Of a DNA stretch of 64,000 bases, positions 25,472 to 36,382 are shown piece after piece. The DNA is from Leidyana gryllorum EB-2025a (lineage: Eukaryota; Protista; Apicomplexa), in NCBI GenBank assembly GCA_048772705.1, contig JBLWGC010000204.1, positions 1 through 64,000 on the forward strand. Reading direction: 5' to 3'. A program made the translations under genes and the position numbers. Positions within the stretch are counted from its first letter, which is position 1. Every line of letters begins with the position of its first letter. Below the pieces are notes generated by a model. The model ran no database searches. It was not told the origin of the DNA and saw only the letters and a list, made by a program, of their open reading frames with translations.

Positions 25472-25637
25472 TGGTAAAAGACTAAATTTGCAAATTGCCC
25501 TTCTCGTTCTGCAGCGGCTATGCCAAGTGAGCTACTTGTCAGTCGTGTCTCCACGCAACGCAATCAGCACACACACGTCTCGCGTGCGACAATTGATAAC
25601 AAATCATGCTGTCAAGTGCAAAACCTTTATTAAGGGA

Positions 25638-26322
25638 CTACTCGGTGGTGGGTGGTCTCCTTATCATGATCCAGAAGTCCAGATCATCGCGATGTACTTC
25701 TGCTTCAATGTCAAAACCAAACTTCTTGTAGATTTGCACGTTCTTGGGCACCGATGTATGTAAGTGGATGGGTAGCTTGCCCTGTCCACGCTGCAGGGCA
25801 CTCATCCTCATTTGGTCCACTGGGCAGGCTTACCTCTTCGATTTGTCGAATGGCCTCGAGTAGCAAGGCTTTACCAAGGCCCTCCCCCTGATGCTGAGGG
25901 TGAACGGCAAGGAAGCCGATCATGGCAACCGGACCTTGAGGCTTCCATGCCTCATCGATGCTGTGTTCAATTTCCATAAATACTGTGAAAGCCTCGCCTT
26001 TGACTTCGCGCACGGTGTCTAGATCCGACTCAATCTTGTCGTACCACCACAGAATGACCCCTGCTCCCTCGTTGGCGATAGCAGTGTGACCAGTCTTGAT
26101 GGCATTGGCACAGATCGATTGTGCGAGCTTTTTCTGCGCTTCTTGGCGCCTTTCGGGGTCGAAAGCACCCATCACATAACGTTGGTAAGGGTAGTCTTGG
26201 AACGCCAACTGTACTGTTTCCGACATAGCCGGGATGTCGTCAGGCGTTGCGTCACGAACATTGATAACGGGGCGAGTGATAGGAGTGGACACGTCCGCTC
26301 GTACTGCCGGGGCCAACAACAT
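25638..26322 (-). CDS. GNAT acetyltransferase 2 (intron 25833-25791)
   Basis: FLAVHPQHQGEGLGKAL; LHTSVPKNVQIYKKFGF; first ATG 26322. Confidence 0.88.
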
Positions 26323-26619
26323 TGCCACTCCGTCGAAATAATTTCTGTTGGGCGACAAGGGTTGTATGCGGGCGCCACGCTTCCCAAAGTGTCCAAGTCT
26401 GTCATTACTGGTGGCGTGGCTTTCTATATCTGAATGATCTATCGGTTGGATGATTGAGGGCCAATGGAAGGTTCACCATTACTCGTGAAAAAAAGTGGAG
26501 TACGGGAGATGGGTCGGAGAGTTCGGAAGTCCGATTATTAGCAGCCCTTCAATGTCTCCCCCATGGGGACAGCGAAACCAAAAATCGTCACACCGCTTGT
26601 CTCCATTGGTCGGCCGACA

Positions 26620-28585
26620 TCACTGAAGAGAGGGACAGATGGGGACAGGTAGCCATTGGGTCAATCCGGAATTGTCGGTGGACTTCGGGGTGGGGCCCTT
26701 CAGACCACAGCCGTCGACCCATTTCTCAGGAACCACAGACGGCACCACCATGGGCACACCCCAGTCTCTTAGGTCTTTGTACTTGCGGGTCACTACTCGT
26801 TCGAGGAAGCATGGCGATTGGAGATCCAGCCAGCCGAGAGTACATGAGGAGAAGTTCTCGTTGGGAACCGCTATCAATGGGGTGGCGGCGAGAATCTGTG
26901 CGTACCATTCTCGAAACTCTTTCCTTTTATGGGGAGGGATACGTCCGACATCCAATACCGGAGTGTTGGATGCGAATAACCAATTCGGCAAATAGTTTCC
27001 CCATAGATGGAACTGATCCGGATCTCCCTCAGTCGTCAAACGGTGTATCTCCTCTGCACTCCCCTCCTCTTCGTCCCAGCCGAACTCCTCCAAAAGCAAT
27101 CTCAGAGTGGACTCCGTGTATTCCCCACGAACGAGCTCCAGCAGTACCACCGACCACGGGTGGAGGTGATATCCTACACACGGAAGACAAATTCGAACCC
27201 GTCTGTTGCGTGCGTGCTGTACCACGTAAGCTGTCAAATACAGCCACAACAGATGAGCCGTTGAGCTGATTGCATCGTCCAATGTAACATAAGTGACTTT
27301 AGTCATCAAAAGGAGCGACAACCAATGGCCGGCGTTCTCCATTGTTTCGGGAAGGTCGTGGTATTCGGGCACCATCAAGATGGCTGTGTCGTCGGGTCTG
27401 AGAACGTCAGTATCCAACTCAAACTTCGGGACCTCCACCGACGATATCTCAACACGACGTCCATCGGGTGTCTCATAAGCGCGGATGGCTGGGCCGCCGT
27501 AAACATCACCCCAATACCGATCGATCACTGAGTTTGGGAAGGTCACCTCGTTGTCAGAGAAAGTCGCGCTTTGCCCCCTTCGCCAGGCAACGGGAACAAA
27601 TGAGACCCACTCTGGGACGTTTGCGATGTCGAGTGTCACACAGAGAGAGAGTCCCAAAGGATACTGCAGCATTCTTGATACGCAGACAAACGACGTAAGG
27701 AATATGAATCACAGATCATCCGTCGAAGTGGGGACGATAGGGTCGACACAGATCTCATCCACTGCTCCTGAATCGAGTCAGCGACATCATCTGCGTCTTC
27801 GCTTCAGTGGAATATTATCAGCCCTCAGTCGTGATGAAGTCTCACCTGTCCTCTGTGGGCCACGTCTCATAGAGATCCCAACCGATGGGCGTGGCCGATA
27901 TCACTCTGTCTTCTCCGACTATTTCGCGGAGGAGACGGAGTTCCCAATCTCCTGGGCACGGGGCTTCAGAGATCACTAAGATCCATTCTGTACCATTGAT
28001 CAGAAGAATGGCCAATATATCATCATCAGCTTTGGCAGCCTCGTTTGCTTCGCTTAATTGTTCTCCCAGCGACCGAATCAACGGACTGTCGAATATGTCC
28101 AGATCCGACAGGCGAATGGCCAGCTGCTTCAAAACCGGAGTAGAGAAGCGCTTCATTGGGTGGAGACTGAATGCGGCACAGTTCAGATACTCCAGGTGAG
28201 GGGCGACGACGCTGGTGGCCACTAAAGAATAGTACGGAAATGGCTCCTCCATCTGGACAATGAATTGTTTGGCCGATTGGAGCCAGCGGAGCCAAATGTC
28301 ATCCAACGTGTGAGCTAAAGTCCGCGCAGTGCTCCGAGAGGTCGCAGTGATTCTCACCGTATCCACTCTTTCACGGAAGCACCACTCCAGCGACGTCCGA
28401 CCCCACTCCCACTCGTCACTGAAGCAATCAGACCCGTGAATATGAAGGGATGGGGCGGGCGCATATTCACTGTAGAGTACACTGTCAGGTTTGTCGAGGG
28501 CGTTCAGCACCGTGAGAGCTTCAATGAATCGTAGAAACCGACAGATCTGTGCTATGCAAATTGAGGGGAGTGGTGATTGTGTCAT
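26620..28585 (-). pseudogene. Divergent member of the F-box/LRR-like family; intron 27845-27802; frameshift near (CT)n at ~27642-27651
   Basis: LPSICIAQICRFLRFIEAL, VLYSE, APHLEYL match exon 1. Exon ends WPTEDR at AG|GTGAG as in the array copies (WPDGAR). LELVRGEYTESTLRLLL, REWYAQILAATP and VPMVVPSVVP match exon 2. Confidence 0.72.
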
Positions 28586-28813
28586 GTGTAGTTTTGGGGT
28601 CACTGATGAAAGCGCCCCAACACGCGTTGTTGCGTTGACAACCCCCCATTTCCCCATTTCAACCCACTGTTCGTCTCTCTATCTCTCTCTCTTTACTCGA
28701 GATTGTGAACCTGCTGTCGTTTACTCTACGTCTAAAGACTACTCATTGTTCCGAGGGGGAATGGAGTTCAACTGGTCTTCAAGCGGTGGGGCAGTGCCAC
28801 CTTTGAGTCAGAA

Positions 28814-29512
28814 TTACACAACTTGAGATTTCGCAGTGGGACTGCGAATCATTACCCAGAAGACGAGATCGTCACGTTTGTACTCGCCTTTGACCTCAAA
28901 ACCGAACTTTTTGTAGATTTGGACATTCTTCGGCAATGAGGTGTGCAGGTGGACAGGCAATTGGCCCTTTCCGTGCTGAGGGTGGGTGGGTGGATGGGGG
29001 TTAGGTGGGCCGTTGCTCACCTCCTCGATTTGACGAAGGGCTTCTGTGAGAAGAGCTTTGCCAATGCCCTTATTTTGATGGTCGGGATGGACACCTAAAT
29101 AATGAATCATTGCTATGGGTCCCTCAACGGGCCAGAGAGCCTCCACTCCCTCTTCAATTTCCAGGAATTCGGGATAGGTGATGCCTTTGACAGCCTTGGT
29201 GGCTTCAGGATCGATATCGATCTTGTTGTACCACCACAAAATAGCTCCGGCGCCGTCGTTGGCCACGGCTGTGTGACCGGTTTTCAAAGCGCTGATGCAT
29301 ACATTGCGACAGACGTGCTTATTAAAGGCAGTCGCAGTTGTGGCGTCCAAGCTACGAAATAGATATCTTTTGTAGGGATAGTCTTTGAATGCCGCATGGA
29401 CTGTATGAGCCAAAATGTCAATGTCGCCATCAGTTGCGGGACGTATGTTTATCTTTTGCTTTGACGAGTCATTGGGCAGGACACCCGTGGTTACATTAGC
29501 CTCTGAAACCAT
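28814..29512 (-). CDS. GNAT acetyltransferase 3 (in-frame 45-nt intron 29020-28976)
   Basis: YLGVHPDHQNKGIGKAL; LHTSLPKNVQIYKKFGF; GTGAGC..CTCAG intron at the same site as in GNAT 1 and 2. Confidence 0.88.
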   Translation of the reverse strand: MVSEANVTTGVLPNDSSKQKINIRPATDGDIDILAHTVHAAFKDYPYKRYLFRSLDATTATAFNKHVCRNVCISALKTGHTAVANDGAGAILWWYNKIDIDPEATKAVKGITYPEFLEIEEGVEALWPVEGPIAMIHYLGVHPDHQNKGIGKALLTEALRQIEEVSNGPPNPHPPTHPQHGKGQLPVHLHTSLPKNVQIYKKFGFEVKGEYKRDDLVFWVMIRSPTAKSQVV

Positions 29513-29550
29513 ATTTGCCTAATCACTCAATTTTTCTGCTCCACTGCACC

Positions 29551-29892
29551 ATGAGTGTATTGGAGAATTGGGTCAAGGCGTGTATTGCGTCTTGTTCAAC
29601 TGATCCCGACAATGAGATTGTAGTCAATCCGGATCCACCACCCCCCATACTCGATGACTGGCCGTCTCAGCCGCTGTCTCGATCACACCCCCCACGGCCC
29701 AGTCGATGCGGCACCCTTGGCTTCTCGACCCATGCTGTCATCACCCCGGACCAATCTATGGTGACACTGAGTGACAGCATTCCCTCTGCCCCCGAATCTA
29801 TGGAGTCTCTATTGCGATTTTCGGACGGGGAGATGTCAAACTTCCACTCAGCACAGCCTGTCAGCTCTTTCAACGACAAACCCCCCCAATGA
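29551..29892 (+). CDS. Small hypothetical protein
   Basis: ATG-initiated 113-aa ORF filling the gap between two genes; no motif. Confidence 0.3.
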   Translation: MSVLENWVKACIASCSTDPDNEIVVNPDPPPPILDDWPSQPLSRSHPPRPSRCGTLGFSTHAVITPDQSMVTLSDSIPSAPESMESLLRFSDGEMSNFHSAQPVSSFNDKPPQ

Positions 29893-29895
29893 CAA

Positions 29896-30917
29896 TCACT
29901 CCTTTGGAAGACTTATCGGAGGCACTTGAACCGTCTTTTTAGGCGTCTTCTTGGGCGTCTTTTTGGGCGTCTTCTTGGATACCTCCTCAGGCACCTTGTC
30001 AGGCACCTTCTTAGGCACCTTCTCAGCCTCCTCCTCCTCGTCCACCGCCGCTGCGTCGGGCCCTTTGGACCCACGTGCATTCTTGGAGCGAGCTTTGGCC
30101 GCTCTTTGATTCAATTGACGCTCAGACGTGGGACGGGTCTCCTTGACCGCCGCCTCCTCCTCCGCTGGACTGACTGTGGGCCGCTCTGGGAGGCCAGTGT
30201 GCCAATTGCGCCAGGCCCCTTGCGGTTTCACCCGGAAACCTTCCTGCTTCAGCTCGGCGAAACGCTTGGCAGCAGGACTGGCGCTCTCGATCGCACCATA
30301 GATCTCCTCGTGCATCATTTCTTTCCATTGCTCCACCGAACGTCTGAAAGCTTCTTTCTCAGCCCGCATCCGTTCTTTGACAGTGTAGTCGTAATCGTGT
30401 GGTTGGGGTTCAGGAGGAGAGAGGTCCCTTGGGGGAGCGTCGCCGATCTTCCCCGACTCGGCCGATTGTAGCTCCGGCCTAATCAGGATGGTTGTGGGTG
30501 TTTGCCAGTCCCTTTGACGAGTGACCTTCGGGCATCGTCGCCGGATAGTGGGCCATACGTAATTCTTATTGGAAGTCGCTCTCACCCACTTTAACCTCTC
30601 AGCTTCTTCGCGTTCAGCCGCCGTTATGCTCAATTCCGGTCGCGGTCGAAGATGTTGAAGTTGCACACTTGTTTTCTAAAGGAAAGCCGAGTCTGATGAT
30701 ATCTTTCTGCCACTATACAACTCACCCGTTTTACTCTGGGGCCCGGCGGGTCGGCAGGTTTGTAGTCGGGGGCGACTCCAGTCATCGTGCTCGCTTCCAC
30801 CACCGTTGGGCGCAAACTTTGAGTTGTGGACGACTTGCCCCCGCTCTCGGCCTCGTGAGTCGTGTCAGCCGCCTCGCCGGCGGAGGGAGCTTTATTCGGG
30901 GTACGTTTAGGCGGCAT
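29896..30917 (-). CDS. Hypothetical charged protein with KKTP/KVP repeats, probably two exons
   Basis: MPPKRTP... ORF plus 256-aa ORF separated by a short intron-like gap; C-terminal KKTPKKTPKKTPKKT. Confidence 0.55.
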
Positions 30918-31062
30918 TCGTTGTGTTTCTGTGCGCGTGTCTGTCGTCCATTGTGTTCATGCATCACTGGAAAAAAGTGGGCCTAAGGCCTGACAAAGAT
31001 CAGTGTCTGTCCGTCTGTGAGTAGCGTAAGAGCTCACGGGCGCGGCGTGGGGTTTTTTGGTC

Positions 31063-33064
31063 TTATTCTGCGTACTCCCCCGTCCGACACATCCCTAACA
31101 GTGAGGTCCCACCAACACTTCCTCGAATAACACATCCCCATACGGCGTCCTCCGCAGCAAATGCAAACGCGGCCGCTGTTCTTTGGTCTTCCGCGACATC
31201 ACCTCTGCACGAAAACCAGTCGAATGTGAAAAGTTGATCTGCAATCATTACCGGATATGGGGTGGTCAGCCATCATCAATGGATAGAGTCGGAGCGGTCG
31301 TCTCAGGGGCGGCGGGGTACTCAAGGACTTCTCGAACGCCGTCATGTAGGTGATCTTTGGCGGCGGTAGGGGTTCTGCGAGGCGGAGTCGTTGGCAGCGG
31401 TCTAAGGGGGGTCCTCACCGGTGGTGTCGTGTAGATTTGTGATGAATTCTCGATCATCTTTGAGGGGTAAAAATGCCTTCAATTCCTTCTGATACAAATC
31501 ATTGAGGTGATCGCGATCTTGAATCACTGTCTTTTGGGCCCTGAGCCTCTCTTGAGCCCGTAAGCGCAGCAATGGCTCAAAGTTCTGTACACCCTCACTC
31601 GCCCACTCACACGGCAACCACATTCCTCCGTGGCCGTCTCGATGGGTGTCAAAGTCCCATATTCCGGGGGGAGGCACAATGTCGTCCAACGACGAGTTGG
31701 GCTGTCCGAGTCTCTTTGCGTCAGAAGGTTCAGGTGCTGCTCACCATAGGGACATACCAAGCCGTGGGTTTATAGAGGGGTACTTCTTGACGGAAGAGTC
31801 GCTGGGCTCCCAGATCGACCATCCGCATACTCTGTGGCGCGTCCAGGAGCTCATCGCTCTGGCCTTGACCTGTTCGAAGCATTACCAAACAAGGTACCAA
31901 ACAAGGTGCACATTGGGGTGTGGGCTACAGACCCAAACATTGGTGATTGTGATGTTGATCGACAAATTACAAGTACCAAAAATGAGACCTCCTCTCAGAT
32001 TTGTGGTGTTCAACGAAGAGGTCCCCCGTTGAATAGATTCTTGTTGGGGGCAAAGGCTGGCTGGCGGGCCCGGGCAGACAGATGAGGACAGTTTTAGTGG
32101 ATCGCTGAATTAGAGCGAATCAACTGGCGGGCGGTGCGTAGTATTTGGGATGGGGTGGAAAGCGATTTGGAGTCCAGAAAACTTCGTTGGGCGGCATCCG
32201 GCCGACATCCTGTCCGTCCCACTGACTGGAGTCGCCTGATGTCTCTCTGAATGTCATTGTATGTGACGAGACGCTCGGGGGGAGGATAGCTTCTGATGAG
32301 TGACTGGAGCTTCTCTGAGGGGGTGTTCGGTCGTGGGTGTCTCTCATTCGGGGAGTGAAGTCGCTATCTGCGCCAGGACAGTGGTCGTGGTGGGGAAGTG
32401 AGTGTCCCAGGGGGTACCCTCGGGGAGGGGGTCCTGGAGGACATCCTCCTCCAGGATACCCTCCCGCAGGGTACCCTGGGGGGGGATGTCCCTCGACGAC
32501 TCGTGGGGGCTTATAGAGGCGTCGGTCGAATCGCGGTTGATCCTCAAAGTCGCACTGCGGCTGATCGTCTGGACAGCAATAGTTGGAGTTGAGACCCGAG
32601 TACCAACAACGAAGTTTGTTGCCCAATAAACCCGCCAGTTGAGAGATAGCAGTGGCGATGGGCAGGAGATCAGGTTCGGTTTTCCTTTTAACCAATACCT
32701 TCACGGTGGGCGGTGTGAAGGGCAACGGATGGGTCAGATAGTATTGATCCCCCAAATGGTGCATAGCAATATAGTCGATGCAATAGTCGTAAGTAGAATC
32801 TATCACATTTGAGGGGTGGCCTATCGGCCGAGGAGAGCCGGTCTGAGTTGATGCCAGGGATGAAGGTGTCGGGTACTGTTGTTGTTGTTGTTGTTGCTGT
32901 TGTTGACGATGACAGCACTGTTGACGAGGTGAGGGCTTCGCGGGGGCATAGTGACGGGGTGTTAGATGTGTGCTGGGGCCACCGCCAACCTCTAACTCAT
33001 GCAAATCGGATTGAGATCCAGCCCCGAAACAAGTTGTGTCCACACAAGCAATTATAGCCTCCAT
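31063..33064 (-). CDS. Hypothetical multi-exon gene(s), poly-Q and Pro/Gly-rich
   Basis: 314-aa ATG ORF with a Q10 tract and GYP repeats; downstream ORF pieces bounded by GTGAG donors; exon structure unresolved. Confidence 0.4.
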
Positions 33065-33093
33065 ATTCCTTCGCGCGCAAGTGCTCCCTCAAC

Positions 33094-33912
33094 ATGCACC
33101 TAAGCTATCTCACTTTGCTCCTACCCTTTGTGACTGGTTCGCTGCGAGACTATTTTGGCCCGACTCCGACAGAAGAGTCTCTGAAGGAGTATCGACCTCG
33201 TAGCCCACAAGTCGCTTGGGTTCAGGACCTACAGGTAGAGACCACTGAAGGGGCTTCCGGTCTGCCAGTGCGAGTGTCTGCGCTGACCGAGCCAATCCAT
33301 GTGGAGGCCGAGGTCAGCCACTGGCGGGTCCAATCGACCACAGAGGAGAGTAATACGTTATCTACACCTGCTGTTGCTGACGAAGGTAAGGTAGAAGAAA
33401 GTAATGGGTGGGGTGGATGGTTCCACTTTGGGGCGTCGATACCACATACTTCACCCCGAAACGAGACGCTAAGCAACAACAATTCGTCCCCAATTGGTCG
33501 GTTAGACCGCATTTTAATGGAGATCCCCCAACCGCATCGGTTTGTGGTGGCATCAAATGTGGATTCCGAGACTCAGCAAGAATTGGCCATCAAGTTGACG
33601 GACTTTTACGCACAGTGCCTCGCTGCCGCGGGTATGGTGGGCCCTGAAAGTCAGCCAGAGATCTCGCCGAGCTGTGATCTACCCAAATTGGCTCAGATGT
33701 GCAGATTGCCAACCCAAGGATGTCATGTGGCCGCTGGTTATCTATGGAACTGTGCTGCAAGTCATGCTGTGGAAGCCGGTTGTACGACGTTCGTGCCATC
33801 TATAATCGGTGCCGAGTGCAATCAGACCGTCGGGAGACTTCTCCTCTGCCTTACAGGGTTAGAGAAGCCCGACTTGAGCATCAAGGACGGTTTGACACGC
33901 ATCTGCCAGTAG
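33094..33912 (+). CDS. Predicted secreted protein with Cys-rich C-terminal domain
   Basis: Hydrophobic N-terminus MHLSYLTLLLPFVTG; Cys confined to the last ~100 aa. Confidence 0.65.
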   Translation: MHLSYLTLLLPFVTGSLRDYFGPTPTEESLKEYRPRSPQVAWVQDLQVETTEGASGLPVRVSALTEPIHVEAEVSHWRVQSTTEESNTLSTPAVADEGKVEESNGWGGWFHFGASIPHTSPRNETLSNNNSSPIGRLDRILMEIPQPHRFVVASNVDSETQQELAIKLTDFYAQCLAAAGMVGPESQPEISPSCDLPKLAQMCRLPTQGCHVAAGYLWNCAASHAVEAGCTTFVPSIIGAECNQTVGRLLLCLTGLEKPDLSIKDGLTRICQ

Positions 33913-33928
33913 CTAATTTTTTTCGAAC

Positions 33929-36328
33929 ATGGTCTCCTTCTCGTGTGATACATGCCTCGACATCGTCAAGAAACCTCAGTTGGACCGCCACTGCAATCAA
34001 AAGTGCCCTAATGCCTACTCCTTCACCTGCGTAGATTGCAGCAAGTCCTTTACAGGCACAGAACTCAAGAATCATACCCAATGTATCACAGAGAAAGCCA
34101 AATACGAGAAGAAGACCCCGCCTGCACACCCCCCTGTCCCTAAACGAGTGTTCGCCGAAGACCAACAAACCACACCAGCCAAACGTTCCGCACCCTCCAC
34201 CACTGTGAAACCAGCCAAGAAGGCCAAATTGGACAAAAAGCTCACCAAATCATCCGATGACAAGGACAAGAAGGCTGCCAAGAAGGCCAAAAAGTCCAAG
34301 AAGCTCAGCAGCAGTTCGAGCTCCTCTAGCAGCTCGAGCTCCAGCTCCAGCAGCTCGAGTTCGTCTTCCGAAGAAGAAACCACTGCGGTGGTCAAGAAGG
34401 GCAAACCAGTCTCATCTTCCAGTTCCTCGTCTTCATCGAGCTCTTCATCATCTTCTTCGTCTTCATCGTCTTCGTCTTCCACTTCAAGCTCTGAGGATGA
34501 GAAGCGGGTAGCCGCCAAGGCGTCGGTGATCACGACAAAGCCGTCTGCCTCCTCCTCGTCCTCTAGTTCGAGTTCCTCATCGTCTTCCTCAGATGAGGAG
34601 TCCCAGATGGCCGAACCGGCGAAGGTTGCTGTTCCCAAGAAGACTTCGTCTTCTTCTTCATCTTCTTCATCTTCTTCGTCTTCATCTTCTTCTTCTGCGT
34701 CCTCGTCCTCTTCGAGCGACAGCAGCAGCTCCTCCGATGAGGAGAAGGCGGCAGCAGTGACTGAGAAGACTGTAACGAAGAAGTCTTCCAGCAGTTCGTC
34801 GTCGAGCTCATCGTCTGACGAAGAGGAGAAGCCGCAAGCGGCTGCCAAAGCGAAGAAGAGTGCGAGTTCGTCTTCTTCATCGAGCAGCTCTTCGTCGAGC
34901 TCGTCCTCCTCAGAAGACGAGGTCGAGAAGAAGGCCGCCGCTAAACCCACCAAGGCAGTCGAGAAGAAAGCTGTTGAGAAGAAAGTTTCGTCTTCTTCCT
35001 CTTCTTCTTCTTCCTCGTCGTCCAGCGACTCTGACAGTTCGGAGGATGAGGTGAAGCCCGCAGCCGTGGCCAAGAAGGCACTTTCTTCTTCCAGTTCGTC
35101 GTCGTCGTCGTCTTCCTCTTCGTCCTCCAGCTCCAGTTCATCTGAGGATGAAGCTCCAGCTGTGGCGAAGGCTAAGCAGAGTTCAAGTAGTTCGTCTGCG
35201 AGCTCGTCGTCAAGCAGCTCTTCTTCTGAAGACGAAGCCGTGCCGGTTTCCGCTGCGAAGAAAGCGGCATCATCGAGTTCTTCATCTTCGTCGTCGAGTA
35301 GCAGCAGCGATTCGAGTTCGTCTGATGATGAGGAGGAGAAGTCGGCGACAAAGGTGAAGGCCGGTCGCCAGAGCAGCTCCAGTTCGAGCTCGAGCTCCAG
35401 CAGTGACGAGTCGGACATTGCTGAGAAAGCTAAAGTTACCACAGCGGCCGCAGCATCGTCGTCGTCTTCATCTGAGAGCAGTGATTCCGAGTCGGATATA
35501 TCGAAGAAGGCGGTGGCGGTTGACAAGACGCCTCTTCCGGTCGGAAGGAAGGGTGCATCGTCGTCCAGCTCCTCTTCGTCGTCGTCTTCTTCATCAAGCA
35601 GCTCCTCTTCTTCGTCCTCGGAGAGCGACTCGGAAGATGAGATTGCCGAGAAGCAGCCTGTTGTGGCGGCGAAAGCCGACAGCTCGTCGAGCAGTAGTGA
35701 GAGCGACAGCGATAGTGACGACGCAATGGAAGAGAAGCCTACAATTAAGACTCAATCTAAACCCCCCGCCTCCTCGTCTTCTTCTTCTTCTTCCTCGTCT
35801 TCGTCGGACGACTCTTCGTCTTCTGAGGATGAGGCCCCCGCCCCCAAGAAAGTTGCTGAGGTGAAGAAGGCGTCGTCTTCTTCCTCTTCGAGGAGTAGCA
35901 GCAGCAGTTCGTCGAGTTCCTCAAGCTCTGACGAGAGCAGTTCCTCTGAGGAAGAGACAATGGTCGAGAAGGCTGTGGAGAAAAAGGCAGCAGCGGTTTC
36001 GAGCTCGTCTTCGTCCTCGTCCTCGTCGTCCTCAAGCGACTCTTCGTCGTCCTCTGACGAGGAGACAACGAAGCCCGCTGCCGTGACAACAGCTAATGTC
36101 CGCAGCTCGAGCTCCAGTAGCAGCAGCAGCAGCAGCAGCAGTGATTCGTCATCATCGTCGTCGAGTGACTCTGACTCTGAGTCTGACGTTGCTGCCAAGG
36201 CGAGCCGGAAACGAAGTTCATCAAGCAGCAGTGAAGAGGAGCCACCGGCGAAGAAGGGGCGGTCATCCTCGTCGAGTTCGGACGACAGTAGTTCGAGTGA
36301 TAGCAGCAATTCGAGTGACAGTGATTAA
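33929..36328 (+). CDS. LYAR-type double C2HC zinc finger protein with Nopp140/Srp40-like Ser-acidic/Lys-Ala repeats
   Basis: MVSFSCDTCLDIVKKPQLDRHC...FTCVDCSKSF...HTQCITEKAKY; about 20 poly-Ser-acidic blocks alternating with basic spacers. Confidence 0.88.
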   Translation: MVSFSCDTCLDIVKKPQLDRHCNQKCPNAYSFTCVDCSKSFTGTELKNHTQCITEKAKYEKKTPPAHPPVPKRVFAEDQQTTPAKRSAPSTTVKPAKKAKLDKKLTKSSDDKDKKAAKKAKKSKKLSSSSSSSSSSSSSSSSSSSSSEEETTAVVKKGKPVSSSSSSSSSSSSSSSSSSSSSSSTSSSEDEKRVAAKASVITTKPSASSSSSSSSSSSSSSDEESQMAEPAKVAVPKKTSSSSSSSSSSSSSSSSSASSSSSSDSSSSSDEEKAAAVTEKTVTKKSSSSSSSSSSSDEEEKPQAAAKAKKSASSSSSSSSSSSSSSSSEDEVEKKAAAKPTKAVEKKAVEKKVSSSSSSSSSSSSSDSDSSEDEVKPAAVAKKALSSSSSSSSSSSSSSSSSSSSEDEAPAVAKAKQSSSSSSASSSSSSSSSEDEAVPVSAAKKAASSSSSSSSSSSSSDSSSSDDEEEKSATKVKAGRQSSSSSSSSSSSDESDIAEKAKVTTAAAASSSSSSESSDSESDISKKAVAVDKTPLPVGRKGASSSSSSSSSSSSSSSSSSSSSESDSEDEIAEKQPVVAAKADSSSSSSESDSDSDDAMEEKPTIKTQSKPPASSSSSSSSSSSSDDSSSSEDEAPAPKKVAEVKKASSSSSSRSSSSSSSSSSSSDESSSSEEETMVEKAVEKKAAAVSSSSSSSSSSSSSDSSSSSDEETTKPAAVTTANVRSSSSSSSSSSSSSDSSSSSSSDSDSESDVAAKASRKRSSSSSSEEEPPAKKGRSSSSSSDDSSSSDSSNSSDSD

Positions 36329-36382
36329 GAAGAAAGCAACCAGGTGTCTAATGTTATATGTTCTACGTTTTTGTTTGATCGA

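Noticed and set aside
26454-27269. 271-aa plus-strand ORF and similar antisense ORFs across the window
   Set aside because: They overlap better-supported opposite-strand genes and show no motifs.
34072-36309. Long minus-strand acidic ORFs (484 aa, 185 aa)
   Set aside because: Antisense shadows of the poly-Ser codons of the LYAR gene.
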